A DNA stretch of 64,000 bases, from the NCBI GenBank assembly GCA_034413595.1, contig DAOUMC010000019.1, positions 581 to 64,580 of the forward strand, read 5' to 3'. Position numbers and translations under genes: made by a program. Within the stretch, counting starts at the first letter, position 1. Every line of letters starts with the position of its first letter. Source of the DNA: Dehalococcoidales bacterium. Lineage in GTDB: Bacteria; Chloroflexota; Dehalococcoidia; Dehalococcoidales; JAUWZL01. Below are positions 46,395 through 55,189 of the stretch, piece after piece. The notes under the pieces were generated by a model. That model worked only from the letters and a program-made list of their open reading frames with translations. It had not been told where the DNA came from and did no database searches.

Positions 46395-47675
46395 ATGTAT
46401 CGCAGAATCGTCTGGTTGATACAGTGGATACGGGAAAGGCCGCTGGTCTTTTTCATTCTTGTCCACGCCGTACTCTTTCTGGCCGTCTTCGCCAACCTGG
46501 ACTACGCCATCGGCAACGCCGGAGTGGAACACGGGCTGGCGGCAAAGATACTTGATGACCAGTTGCCCTACCGGGATTTCTTCAGCGAGTATCCTCCCCT
46601 GGCTCTCCTCGGTTTTCTTGTACCCGCTTTATTCCGCCCTGATTATCCCGCCTATGGCTTCGCCTTCGCGGCGGAGATGCTCTTCCTTGACCTGGTGGTG
46701 CTCTTTGTCCTCCATAAGCTGGCTCGCCGCCTGAGGACGCGAGAATGGTACGTCCTGGGCCTCTACACCCTGTGCCTGATAGCCGTGGGTCCTCTGGTGA
46801 CCGGTCGCTACGATCTGCTGCCAACCGCCCTGGTGTTGGTGGCGATGTACGCCTTCATCAAAGACAAAAACAAGACCGCCTGGGCATTTCTGGCGCTGGG
46901 GGCAACGGCAAAGATATTTCCCGTCATCATAGCCCCACTCTTTGCTTTAAGTCTGCTACGCCGGCAACAATACCGGCGGCTGGCACAGGGTATTGCCGTC
47001 TTCGGCGGCGTCATTCTGGTCATCTACCTTCCCTGGGTAATCATCAGCCCCGATGGTTCCTGGCAGTCTATAAGCTATCATCTGGAGCGGGGGCTTCACA
47101 TCGAAAGCAGCTACGGCACGGGGCTCATGGCAGCACAGGCACTGGGGCTGACCCAGGTGCAGGGGTCGTTGACCTACGGCTCCTGGAATCTAAGCTCCCC
47201 GCTGGCTGATGCTCTGGCCCAGGCATCATCCTATGTCACTGTCGGCCTTCTCTTTCTCGCTTACGCCCTTTACGCCAGACGGCTGTGGAAAAACTCAGAG
47301 GCAATAGCCGGGACAGCAATTAGTAATGAGCCGGTAGAACTGTTGCTCCGCTACTCAATGCTGGCCATTCTCATAATGCTGCTCAGTAGCAAGCTCTTCT
47401 CACCACAGTTTCTCACCTGGCTCTGCCCTTTTGTGGCCCTGGTCAGGACAAGGTGGCGTTACATCCCGCCGCTGCTCTTCCTGGCCGCCAGCGGGATAAC
47501 CCAGTACGTCTTTCCCTACCGTTATGTCGATTTTGAGGCCGCCGTCCCATATCTCGTAGCTCTGATGGCTGGCCGAAACTTCCTGCTAGTGGCTATGACC
47601 ATCCTCGTCATACCTCCGCCCCGTTCTCTGTCGGTAAACGGAGGCGTTTGCACTCAACCACCGATATTAGACTGA
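46395..47675 (+). CDS. Polytopic membrane protein, putative glycosyltransferase (DUF2029/GT87-like)
   Basis: About 11 TM helices with a YRDFFSEYPPL loop motif near the N-terminus. Confidence 0.5.
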   Translation: MYRRIVWLIQWIRERPLVFFILVHAVLFLAVFANLDYAIGNAGVEHGLAAKILDDQLPYRDFFSEYPPLALLGFLVPALFRPDYPAYGFAFAAEMLFLDLVVLFVLHKLARRLRTREWYVLGLYTLCLIAVGPLVTGRYDLLPTALVLVAMYAFIKDKNKTAWAFLALGATAKIFPVIIAPLFALSLLRRQQYRRLAQGIAVFGGVILVIYLPWVIISPDGSWQSISYHLERGLHIESSYGTGLMAAQALGLTQVQGSLTYGSWNLSSPLADALAQASSYVTVGLLFLAYALYARRLWKNSEAIAGTAISNEPVELLLRYSMLAILIMLLSSKLFSPQFLTWLCPFVALVRTRWRYIPPLLFLAASGITQYVFPYRYVDFEAAVPYLVALMAGRNFLLVAMTILVIPPPRSLSVNGGVCTQPPILD

Positions 47676-47701
47676 CGAGACGGAAGGTGTCATTTCTATT
47701 G

Positions 47702-47760
47702 TTGACAATTTCCATACTCTGTGGTAATGTATACTAAATTGAGTACTTTAGTCAAGATAT
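47702..47760 (+). promoter_or_regulatory. Promoter TTGACA-17-TAATGT followed by a candidate Rrf2 operator
   Basis: The hexamers are at 47702-47707 and 47725-47730. The inverted repeat ACTAAA-N9-TTTAGT lies within 47731-47760. Confidence 0.4.
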
Positions 47761-47766
47761 TATAAG

Positions 47767-48216
47767 ATGTCAATAAAGATTTCTACCAGAGGTCGCTACG
47801 GCACCAGAGCGCTGCTAGACCTGGCCCTTCACCAGGGCGAGGAGCCTATTCTGTTAAAGGATATCGCTCGGAGACAGCAGTTTTCGCTGCGATATCTGGA
47901 GCATCTCATCGCTCCGCTAAAAGCCGGGGGTATGGTGCGGAGCACCCGCGGTGCCAGGGGCGGCGTCTCACTGGCCCGGCATCCCAATGATATCAGGTTG
48001 AGTGAGGTCTTTCAACTTCTTGAAGGCTCGGTTGCGCCGGTGGAGTGTATCAGTGACCCCGGCGTATGCGACCGCTCCGGGGCATGCGCTACCCGGGATG
48101 TCTGGGGCGAGATGAAACTGGCCATTGATGAGATTCTGGAGTCCACCACTCTGCAGGACCTGGTTGAGCGGCAGAAAGGGAAGGAACAGCCGGAAGCCGC
48201 CATGTATCATATCTGA
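47767..48216 (+). CDS. Rrf2-family transcriptional regulator (IscR/CymR-like, three Cys)
   Basis: TRGRYGTRALLDLA, winged helix, and a C..(5)..C..(5)..C cluster ligand region (ECISDPGVCDRSGAC). Confidence 0.9.
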   Translation: MSIKISTRGRYGTRALLDLALHQGEEPILLKDIARRQQFSLRYLEHLIAPLKAGGMVRSTRGARGGVSLARHPNDIRLSEVFQLLEGSVAPVECISDPGVCDRSGACATRDVWGEMKLAIDEILESTTLQDLVERQKGKEQPEAAMYHI

Positions 48217-48254
48217 GCCGAGTTGAGTTCTATTAAATTGGGAAGGAGATAATT

Positions 48255-49250
48255 ATGGCAGAGTTAGCACAAAAAATGGACAGGCTTAGGTACAAGACCT
48301 TAGAGATACCAAAATTGACCAGAGGGATAGCCAAAGATTCAACCGAGCTTATCGGCAACACTCCTCTGGTCAGACTAAACCGCCTAGCCCTGGGAGCAAA
48401 GGCAGAGCTGGTGGCCAAGCTTGAATCCTTCAACCCCCTGGGCAGCGTCAAGGACAGGATAGGGGTGTCAATGATTGTTGATGCCGAGGACAAGGGACTA
48501 ATCAACAGGGACACGGTTATCGTTGAACCCACCAGCGGCAATACGGGCATCGCTCTGGCTTTTGTCTGCGCCGCCAGGGGATACAGGCTCATCCTCACCA
48601 TGCCTGACACCATGTCTCTGGAGCGGAGGCAGCTCCTGTCTGTCCTGGGTGCCGAGCTGATACTGACCCCCGGCGCCGAGGGGATGACCGGAGCGGTAAG
48701 GGCAGCCGAAAAACTGGTCCGTGAAAACGCCAACTACTTTATGCCCCAGCAGTTCAAAAATCCGGCCAATCCGGAGATACATCAACTGACCACGGCTGAG
48801 GAAATCTGGAGGGACACCGGGGGCAGAGTGGATATCCTGGTCTCCGGCGTCGGAACCGGTGGCACAATCACCGGAGTGGCCGAAGCAATCAAGTCCCGAA
48901 AGCCGGAATTTAAGACCGTTGCTGTTGAGCCGGCAGATTCGCCGGTACTCTCCGGCGGAAAACCGGGAGCCCATAAGATTCAGGGCATCGGTGCCGGCTT
49001 TATCCCTGAAATACTGAGGCGGGAGCTGATTGATGAGATTATCACGGTCACCAATGAGGATGCCGGAGAGACGGCCAGAAGGTTAGCCAGAGAGGAAGGC
49101 ATTTTAGCCGGTATATCCTCCGGGGCGGCAACCTGGGGGGCGCTTGAGGTAGCCAGAAGGCCAGAAAATAGGGGCAAGCTCATAGTCGTCATCCTGCCTG
49201 ACACCGGTGAGCGCTACCTGTCCACCTGGCTCTTCAAAGACCTGCGTTAG
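48255..49250 (+). CDS. cysK: Cysteine synthase A (O-acetylserine sulfhydrylase)
   Basis: [12 protein letters not shown] lysine motif and GTGGTITG. Confidence 0.93.
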   Translation: MAELAQKMDRLRYKTLEIPKLTRGIAKDSTELIGNTPLVRLNRLALGAKAELVAKLESFNPLGSVKDRIGVSMIVDAEDKGLINRDTVIVEPTSGNTGIALAFVCAARGYRLILTMPDTMSLERRQLLSVLGAELILTPGAEGMTGAVRAAEKLVRENANYFMPQQFKNPANPEIHQLTTAEEIWRDTGGRVDILVSGVGTGGTITGVAEAIKSRKPEFKTVAVEPADSPVLSGGKPGAHKIQGIGAGFIPEILRRELIDEIITVTNEDAGETARRLAREEGILAGISSGAATWGALEVARRPENRGKLIVVILPDTGERYLSTWLFKDLR

Positions 49251-49276
49251 ATATATCCAGTGATGAAAGGACTGCC

Positions 49277-49993
49277 TTGTTCAAAACTCTGAAAGAAGAC
49301 ATCCAGACGGTTTTTCTAAAAGACCCGGCGGCAAGGAGTGTTTTTGAGGTCATCCTGTGCTATCCGGGGCTGCACGCCCTGTGGCTTCACCGCCTGGCCC
49401 ACTACCTGTGGCGGCACAACTTTAAGCTTCTGGCACGGTTCATCGCATACCTCAGTCGTTTTCTGACCCATATTGAGATTCATCCCGGCGCCACCATCGG
49501 CAGAAGGTTCTTCATAGACCACGGGTCCGGGGTGGTTATCGGCGAGACGGCCAAAGTGGGCGATGGCGTGCTTATGTACCAGGGGGTAGTCCTTGGCGGC
49601 ACCAGCCTGGAGAAGAAGAAACGCCACCCCACAGTGGGTAACAACGTGGTCATCGGAGCCGGAGCCGTTGCCCTGGGAGACATCACCATCGGTGACGATT
49701 CCAGAGTCGGGGCCGGCTCGGTGGTCATAAAAACGGTGCCGCCGGGGTCAACGGTTGTCGGAATCCCGGGAAGGACTGTTGGTGACCACCACGGCCCGGT
49801 GATAGACCTGGAGCACGGCAATTTGCCCGACCCGGTGGCCCAGGCCATAAGGCTTATACTCAGGAACCAGGACAAGCTGGGGCAACGCTTGAAGAATATT
49901 GAGGACTCACACGCCGTGCAGGCCCACGAAGAAGAGTTCCTGGAGTGGCTAAAAAGGCTAGAAGCAGTATTCTACCAGGGTAGCGGAATATAG
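49277..49993 (+). CDS. cysE: Serine O-acetyltransferase
   Basis: DPAARS...YPG.HA...HR.AH N-domain plus hexapeptide repeats. Confidence 0.9.
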   Translation: MFKTLKEDIQTVFLKDPAARSVFEVILCYPGLHALWLHRLAHYLWRHNFKLLARFIAYLSRFLTHIEIHPGATIGRRFFIDHGSGVVIGETAKVGDGVLMYQGVVLGGTSLEKKKRHPTVGNNVVIGAGAVALGDITIGDDSRVGAGSVVIKTVPPGSTVVGIPGRTVGDHHGPVIDLEHGNLPDPVAQAIRLILRNQDKLGQRLKNIEDSHAVQAHEEEFLEWLKRLEAVFYQGSGI

Positions 49994-50041
49994 ACCTATG
50001 GAGAAAAAGACAACAAACAGATTGCACGGCCATCCGCTAAC

Positions 50042-50156
50042 CACTCCTCACAAGAGAGCAGGAGCAGCGAAGAGCGGGCAGGGGGTGATGGCAACACTAT
50101 GGACAATGCCCTGCCCCCAGGGGCTGTTCGACTGAAAAAACCAATATCGAGGAGTG
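50042..50156 (+). promoter_or_regulatory. Structured 5' leader whose outer helix sequesters the SD of the downstream gene (unclassified riboswitch candidate)
   Basis: CACTCCTC (50042-50049) is complementary to GAGGAGTG (50149-50156), which contains the SD. There is an inner 8-bp hairpin GGGCAGGG (50076-50083) / CCCTGCCC (50109-50116). AAGAGAG follows the 5' helix arm. Confidence 0.35.
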
Positions 50157-50162
50157 AATCAG

Positions 50163-51368
50163 ATGGCAAAAACAATCGCCGAAATTAATCAGAGAATCAA
50201 AAAAGGGCAGGCGGTGGTGGCAACCGCCGAAGAGATAATCGGCATCGTTAAGGAAAAGGGCATCGCCAGGGCCGCCCAGGAGGTGGACGTGGTGACCACC
50301 GGCACCTTTGGCCCGATGTGTTCCTCCGGCGCCTATCTTAATGTTGGTCACTCCCAGCCGAGAATCAAATTCGGCGGTGGACACGTCTATCTCAACGATG
50401 TTCCGGCCTACGCCGGGCTGGCGGCAGTGGACCTATTCATTGGTTCAGCTGCTCTTCCCGACGACGACCCGAGAAACAGGCTGCACCCGGGTGACTTTAA
50501 CTATGGCGGAGGGCATGTCATCGAAGACCTGGCGGCCGGCAAGGATATCCGGCTAATCGCCAGCGCCTACGGCACCGATTGCTACCCCAGGAGGAAGCTG
50601 GAGACACTGCTCAATCTGCAAGATGTCAACGAGGCGGTGTTGTTTAACATGAGGAACGCCTACCAGAACTACAACGTAGCCGTCAACCTCTCCGACAAGA
50701 CTATCTATACCTATATGGGGGTGCTCAAGCCCCGCCTGGGAAATGCCAACTACTGCAGCGCCGGGCAGCTGTCACCCCTGCTCAACGACCCTAGCTACAA
50801 GACCATAGGTATCGGGACGAAGCTCTTCCTCGGCGGCGGTACCGGCTTTGTCGTCTGGCAGGGCACACAGCACAATCCGGGTGTTCCCAGAGGAGAGAAC
50901 GGAGTGCCCAGGAGACCGGCGGGGACTCTGGCGGTAATCGGCGACCTGAAGCAGATGAAGCCCGAGTGGCTGCGCGGCACGAGCATGCTGGGTTATGGCT
51001 GCACCATCACCGTTGGCATCGGTGTCCCCATCCCGATACTGTCCGAGGAAATCCTGGGCTATACGGCGGTAACGGATGCCGAAATCTTCGCCCCTATCGT
51101 GGACTATTCTGAGGTTTACCCCCAGAGAAGGCCAGATATACTGGGGGAGGTCAGCTACTCCCAGCTCAGGAGCGGGAAGATTGAGGTAGAGGGCCGGGAA
51201 ATACCGACCGCCAGTTTGTCCAGCTATTCCAAGGCTAAGGGAATTGCCCACCTACTCAAGGACTGGATAGAAACCGGCAAGTTTCTGCTGACGGAACCGG
51301 TAGCGCCGCTGCCCGGAGTGGAATCGGGTATAACATTCAAGAGTATAAAGGAACGCCCGATAGAGTAA
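50163..51368 (+). CDS. COG1900-family homocysteine biosynthesis protein (L-aspartate-semialdehyde sulfurtransferase type)
   Basis: MAKTIAEINQRIKKGQAVVATAEEI resembles the N-terminus of the methanogen family as I recall it. About 400 aa. ATG 50163 lies 8 nt after GAGGAG. Confidence 0.75.
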   Translation: MAKTIAEINQRIKKGQAVVATAEEIIGIVKEKGIARAAQEVDVVTTGTFGPMCSSGAYLNVGHSQPRIKFGGGHVYLNDVPAYAGLAAVDLFIGSAALPDDDPRNRLHPGDFNYGGGHVIEDLAAGKDIRLIASAYGTDCYPRRKLETLLNLQDVNEAVLFNMRNAYQNYNVAVNLSDKTIYTYMGVLKPRLGNANYCSAGQLSPLLNDPSYKTIGIGTKLFLGGGTGFVVWQGTQHNPGVPRGENGVPRRPAGTLAVIGDLKQMKPEWLRGTSMLGYGCTITVGIGVPIPILSEEILGYTAVTDAEIFAPIVDYSEVYPQRRPDILGEVSYSQLRSGKIEVEGREIPTASLSSYSKAKGIAHLLKDWIETGKFLLTEPVAPLPGVESGITFKSIKERPIE

Positions 51369-51391
51369 GCCAAAAGTAGCAAAATAAAGGC

Positions 51392-51433
51392 GGTTCGCAG
51401 AGGGCATATGAATTGTGTAGCCCTCTGCGAACC
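51392..51433 (+). repeat. Perfect 14-bp inverted repeat (GGTTCGCAGAGGGC / GCCCTCTGCGAACC) with a 14-nt loop
   Basis: Seen directly. There is no U-tract after it. It lies between the COG1900 gene and iscS. Confidence 0.7.
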
Positions 51434-51482
51434 CAGGTCGTGTAAGCCACTCATTATCAATATATGTAATAGGGATGGGAAG

Positions 51483-52646
51483 ATGAAAAGGATATATCTT
51501 GATTATGCCGCCACCACACCGACACACCCCGAGGTAGTCAAGGCGATGCTGCCCTACTTTACCGAGGTCTTTGGCAACCCCTCAAGCATACATTCCTGTG
51601 GGCAGGAAGCGAGAAGAGCTATTGAGGCCGCCAGGGCTAAGATTGCCGGCCTTATCGGTGCTCGGGATGAGGAAATCGTCTTTACCAGCGGAGGCACCGA
51701 GGACAACAACCTTGCCTTGAAGGGCGTTGCCTGGGCCAACGAGAAAAAGGGGAACCACATCATCACCAGTTCTGTCGAGCACCACGCGGTGATAGAGACC
51801 TGCAAATTCCTGGAGAAGAGGGGGTTCAGGGTGACCTATCTGCCAGTGGATAAGTACGGCCTGGTCAACCCGGACGATGTCAGAGAGGCGATTAACGACA
51901 AGACCGTACTCATTTCGGTGATGCACGCCAACAACGAGGTGGGCACAATAGAGCCGATAGCCGAGATTGGCAAGATTGCCAAAGAGGCCGGGGTCTACTT
52001 CCACACCGACGCAGTACAGACCGTGGGACACATTCCGGTAAACGTGAACGAACTCGGGGTAGACCTGCTCTCTATGTCGGCCCACAAGCTCTACGGCCCG
52101 AAGGGTGTAGGGGCATTATATGTCAGGAAGGGCACCAGGCTGTTACCCCTGATGCACGGTGGCGGCCAGGAGAGGGGGCAGCGTTCAAGCACAGAGAACA
52201 TACCCGGGATTGTCGGCCTCGGCAGAGCAATAGAACTGGCCCAGCAGGAAATGAATGAAGAGGCAGAACGGCTGACTCATCTCCGTGGCCAGCTTATTCA
52301 GGGGCTCCTGGGAAAAATCGAAAACACCTACTTGAACGGTCACCCGAAAACGAGACTACCCAACAATGTCAATGTAAGTGTCGGCTATGTCGAAGGCGAG
52401 TCAATGGTCTTGAACCTCGACCTGGAAGGTATCTGTGTCTCTACCGGTTCCGCCTGCAGCTCATCAAGCCTGGAGCCATCTCACGTTCTTCTGGCGATGG
52501 GGCTTTCCCACGAGCAGGCACACGGTTCGCTACGGCTTAGCCTGGGCAAGTGGACCACCGATGAGCACGTTTATCGGGTCCTGGAAGTACTACCCAGGGT
52601 GGTAACCAAGCTCAGGGCTATGTCACCACTCTATAAAAACAGATAG
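51483..52646 (+). CDS. iscS: Cysteine desulfurase (NifS/IscS type)
   Basis: [23 protein letters not shown] lysine and SSGSAC-like active-site loop STGSACSS. Confidence 0.92.
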   Translation: MKRIYLDYAATTPTHPEVVKAMLPYFTEVFGNPSSIHSCGQEARRAIEAARAKIAGLIGARDEEIVFTSGGTEDNNLALKGVAWANEKKGNHIITSSVEHHAVIETCKFLEKRGFRVTYLPVDKYGLVNPDDVREAINDKTVLISVMHANNEVGTIEPIAEIGKIAKEAGVYFHTDAVQTVGHIPVNVNELGVDLLSMSAHKLYGPKGVGALYVRKGTRLLPLMHGGGQERGQRSSTENIPGIVGLGRAIELAQQEMNEEAERLTHLRGQLIQGLLGKIENTYLNGHPKTRLPNNVNVSVGYVEGESMVLNLDLEGICVSTGSACSSSSLEPSHVLLAMGLSHEQAHGSLRLSLGKWTTDEHVYRVLEVLPRVVTKLRAMSPLYKNR

Positions 52647-52655
52647 GAGCAGAAA

Positions 52656-53048
52656 GTGTCTGATGTTTGGTCGCTTTATAGCAGCAAGGTAATGGAGCAC
52701 TTTAAGAATCCCAGGAACGTAGGGGAGATTGAAAACCCCGACGGCATCGGGCATGTCGGCAACCCGGTGTGTGGCGACATCATGGAGCTGTACATCAAGG
52801 TAAAGGACAGCACCATAGTCGATGCCAAATTCAAGACCTTCGGCTGTGGCGCCGCCATCGCCACCAGCTCTATGGTGACCGAAATGGTAAAAGGCAAGAG
52901 TATAGACGAGGCGCTGAAAATCTCCAATAGTGCCGTAGCCGAGGCCTTGGACGGGCTGCCCCGGGTCAAGATGCACTGCTCGGTTCTGGCCGAGGAGGCG
53001 CTCAAATCGGCCATCGATGACTATCTAAGCAAGTCTAAGGCTAAATAA
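52656..53048 (+). CDS. iscU: Fe-S cluster scaffold protein (IscU/NifU N-terminal type)
   Basis: HFKNPRNVG, GNPVCGD, FGCGAAIA and KMHCS. Confidence 0.92.
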   Translation: MSDVWSLYSSKVMEHFKNPRNVGEIENPDGIGHVGNPVCGDIMELYIKVKDSTIVDAKFKTFGCGAAIATSSMVTEMVKGKSIDEALKISNSAVAEALDGLPRVKMHCSVLAEEALKSAIDDYLSKSKAK

Positions 53049-53056
53049 AGGGACAG

Positions 53057-53863
53057 ATGGATATAGAGGAAGGCATAGAGGTATTTCCTGTATTACGGCT
53101 CACCGAGGAAGGTGAAGACAGGACTCAGGGAGCCGTTGCCAGAGAATTTCCTATCACCATTATCCTGAACGATGAGGAGCTGGTAACCCTGCTCGGCTCA
53201 CCCACAGACCTGGAGTATCTAGCCGTTGGCTTCCTCGCCTCGGAAGGGCTGCTCAAAAGCAAGGATGAAATCAAGAGCATAACGGCAGACTATAAGACGG
53301 GTGTGGTCCGTCTGGAAACCCTGGTAAAAAGGGAACTGGCCCAGGATACCCTTTTCAAGAGGGTTATATCAACGGGGTGTGGTAGAGGGGCTTCTTTTTA
53401 CAGTGTCGCCGATGCCGTCGACCAGAAGGTAGACTCGCAGATGAAGATATCAGTCGGTGAAGTCGTCAGCCTGACGACTGAGTTCCAGCGTCGCTCTCGG
53501 ACTTGGCTAGCGACCCATGGTGTCCACGGCGCTGCCCTGTGTGACACAAAAAGCATCCTGGCCTTTAATGAGGATGTCGGCCGGCACAACGCCATTGACA
53601 AAGTCTTTGGTGAATGCCTCCTGAAAGACATACCTACCAGCGACCGGGCGGTATTAACCACCGGTAGAGTGACCTCAGAGATACTTCACAAGGTCTCCAA
53701 GAGGGGCATTCCAATAGTCATCTCCATATCTGCGCCCACCAATCTGGGAGTGAAAATCGCCGATGCCCTGGGTATCACTCTAATGGCCTCAGCCAGAGGA
53801 AAGAGGATGAGAGTCTACACCGATGACTGGAGAGTAGTTCGTAACAAAACCAGAGCAGTTTGA
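53057..53863 (+). CDS. fdhD: Sulfurtransferase FdhD
   Basis: ISTGCGRG loop, HGAAL and GRHNAIDK motifs. Confidence 0.85.
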   Translation: MDIEEGIEVFPVLRLTEEGEDRTQGAVAREFPITIILNDEELVTLLGSPTDLEYLAVGFLASEGLLKSKDEIKSITADYKTGVVRLETLVKRELAQDTLFKRVISTGCGRGASFYSVADAVDQKVDSQMKISVGEVVSLTTEFQRRSRTWLATHGVHGAALCDTKSILAFNEDVGRHNAIDKVFGECLLKDIPTSDRAVLTTGRVTSEILHKVSKRGIPIVISISAPTNLGVKIADALGITLMASARGKRMRVYTDDWRVVRNKTRAV

Positions 53864-53920
53864 GACATCGGCCCTCTTTTTGCATCGGGCGAATTAAAGG
53901 CCTTATATTTTTCCAATTAA

Positions 53921-53955
53921 ATGTCTCTAGGTGAGTTCGTGCCGCCTAGAGACAT
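53921..53955 (+). terminator. Hairpin after fdhD (11-bp perfect stem ATGTCTCTAGG/CCTAGAGACAT)
   Basis: Seen directly. It is followed by ACTGTTTTAG, a weak U-tract. Confidence 0.5.
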
Positions 53956-54041
53956 ACTGTTTTAGTACAAAGGCGGCGGTTCTCTGCTGTCATCGGTTTT
54001 TCAGCTTCTCACGGCAGTTTGCGCCGGGTTACGCTTCGCTA

Positions 54042-54070
54042 TTGACAATACAAAAGCTCAGTGTTATATT
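54042..54070 (+). promoter_or_regulatory. Orphan promoter TTGACA-17-TATATT
   Basis: The hexamers are at 54042-54047 and 54065-54070, inside a 583-nt AT-rich intergenic region. Confidence 0.5.
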
Positions 54071-54146
54071 AATGCCTTAATGTAAGGGTATATCATTACA
54101 ACGTCTTTTTCATCCTGCAACCTATAGCCTTGCGGAGTGATTAAAC

Positions 54147-54239
54147 ATGAGCTTTAAAGATTGTGGTCGAGATTTGCATAATAGTTTTAATGGTGGGAAG
54201 TGGCCTGCACCTAGGTGGAGGAATCTGGTCAAAAAGTAA
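54147..54239 (+). CDS. 30-aa small ORF (MSFKDCGRDLHNSFNGGKWPAPRWRNLVKK) or the body of a roughly 185-nt sRNA
   Basis: GGAG lies 9 nt upstream. The stop codon lies inside the terminator stem. It is below the track cutoff. Confidence 0.3.
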   Translation: MSFKDCGRDLHNSFNGGKWPAPRWRNLVKK

Positions 54240-54262
54240 GGAGGCATTTCTCCTTACTTTTT
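54231..54262. terminator. Bidirectional intrinsic terminator (13-bp perfect stem AAAAAGTAAGGAG/CTCCTTACTTTTT)
   Basis: Loop GCATTT. There are T-runs on both strands. Confidence 0.75.
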
Positions 54263-54446
54263 TATTGGTTAGCGGATAAGGTTCTTGCCCTCAGGACTTG
54301 CGGTGGAGAAATATAGCAAAGAGTAGACAAACGAATAATTACCTAGTAATATATATAACACTTAACAATGAAGGAGGTACGGCCCATAAGAGTAACAAAT
54401 ATCATTTGATGGAGCAATAGTGTTAGAGAACAAAAAGGAGTTAAGT

Positions 54447-55187
54447 ATGTCAAAAAAGAAGAAGAAGCCTTTAGGCATCTCAAGAAGGGAATTTCTTAAA
54501 GATGCCGGAATCATCGCCGGTGGAGCTGCCATCGGCTCAACGGTTCTTCTGGCCGCCTGCAAGGGTGCGGAGACAACCAAGACAGTCACCACGACACTGC
54601 CCGGAGCTACCCAAACAGTCACCACTACCACCACACAGCAGGTGGGCACGGCGACAGTCACCACCACCTTGCCCGGGCAGACGCAGACGGTAACCACCAC
54701 GGCAACAGTGACAGGACCAGGAGCAACCGTTGAAGGCCTGGTCGCCCTCACCGTGAACGGCAAAACCACACAGCTAGTTGTACAACCAGAGTGGTCCCTG
54801 GCCTTTGTGCTCAGAGAAAAGCTCGGACTGACAGGAACCAAGATAGGCTGCGACCGCGGGGAGTGCGGCTCCTGCACCATCATCGCGGATGGTCGGGCCG
54901 TCTTCGCCTGCACCATTATGGCCATAGAGGCCGGAGGCATGAACATTCGCACTGTTGAGGGGCTGGCTAATGGCTCCACCCTGCACCCGATCCAGAAGCT
55001 GTTCCTGGACAACAACGCCTTCCAGTGCGGCTACTGCACACCGGGCGTTATAATGTCCTCCGTGGCCCTGCTGGAAAAAACCCCCAGCCCAACGATGGAC
55101 CAGGCAAGAGAAGCCCTTTCCGGGAATCTGTGCATGTGCGGTGACTACACCAGATGGGTAAACACCGTCCTGAAAGGAGGTCAATAG
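54447..55187 (+). CDS. [2Fe-2S] small subunit of a xanthine-dehydrogenase-family Mo-hydroxylase, with Tat signal, lipobox and Thr-rich linker
   Basis: SRREFLK twin-arginine motif, LLAAC lipobox, CDRGECGSCT and QCGYCTPG cluster motifs. AAGGAG SD before ATG 54447. Confidence 0.88.
   Translation: MSKKKKKPLGISRREFLKDAGIIAGGAAIGSTVLLAACKGAETTKTVTTTLPGATQTVTTTTTQQVGTATVTTTLPGQTQTVTTTATVTGPGATVEGLVALTVNGKTTQLVVQPEWSLAFVLREKLGLTGTKIGCDRGECGSCTIIADGRAVFACTIMAIEAGGMNIRTVEGLANGSTLHPIQKLFLDNNAFQCGYCTPGVIMSSVALLEKTPSPTMDQAREALSGNLCMCGDYTRWVNTVLKGGQ
54582..54725 (+). repeat. Two tandem 72-nt (24-aa) coding repeats in the linker
   Basis: TVTTTLPGATQTVTTTTTQQVGTA followed by TVTTTLPGQTQTVTTTATVTGPGA. Confidence 0.8.
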
Positions 55188-55189
55188 AA

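Noticed and set aside
53864-54446. A possible molybdenum-cofactor (Moco) riboswitch upstream of the Mo-hydroxylase operon.
   Set aside because: I could not find the conserved Moco-motif elements that I remember (for example a CCUCCGAG-type segment). The region is better explained by a separate promoter-sORF-terminator unit plus a second promoter. cmscan would settle this.
54450-54466. The A-rich run encoding KKKKK at the start of the FeS subunit, considered as a programmed frameshift or slippery site.
   Set aside because: The downstream reading frame continues directly into the Tat motif with no alternative-frame ORF. A basic n-region is normal for signal peptides.
54570-54725. The repetitive DNA here, and similar stretches at 36076-36231, considered as a possible CRISPR or non-coding tandem repeat.
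   Set aside because: The repeats are in frame and encode Thr-rich linkers inside genes. There is no repeat-spacer architecture anywhere in the window.
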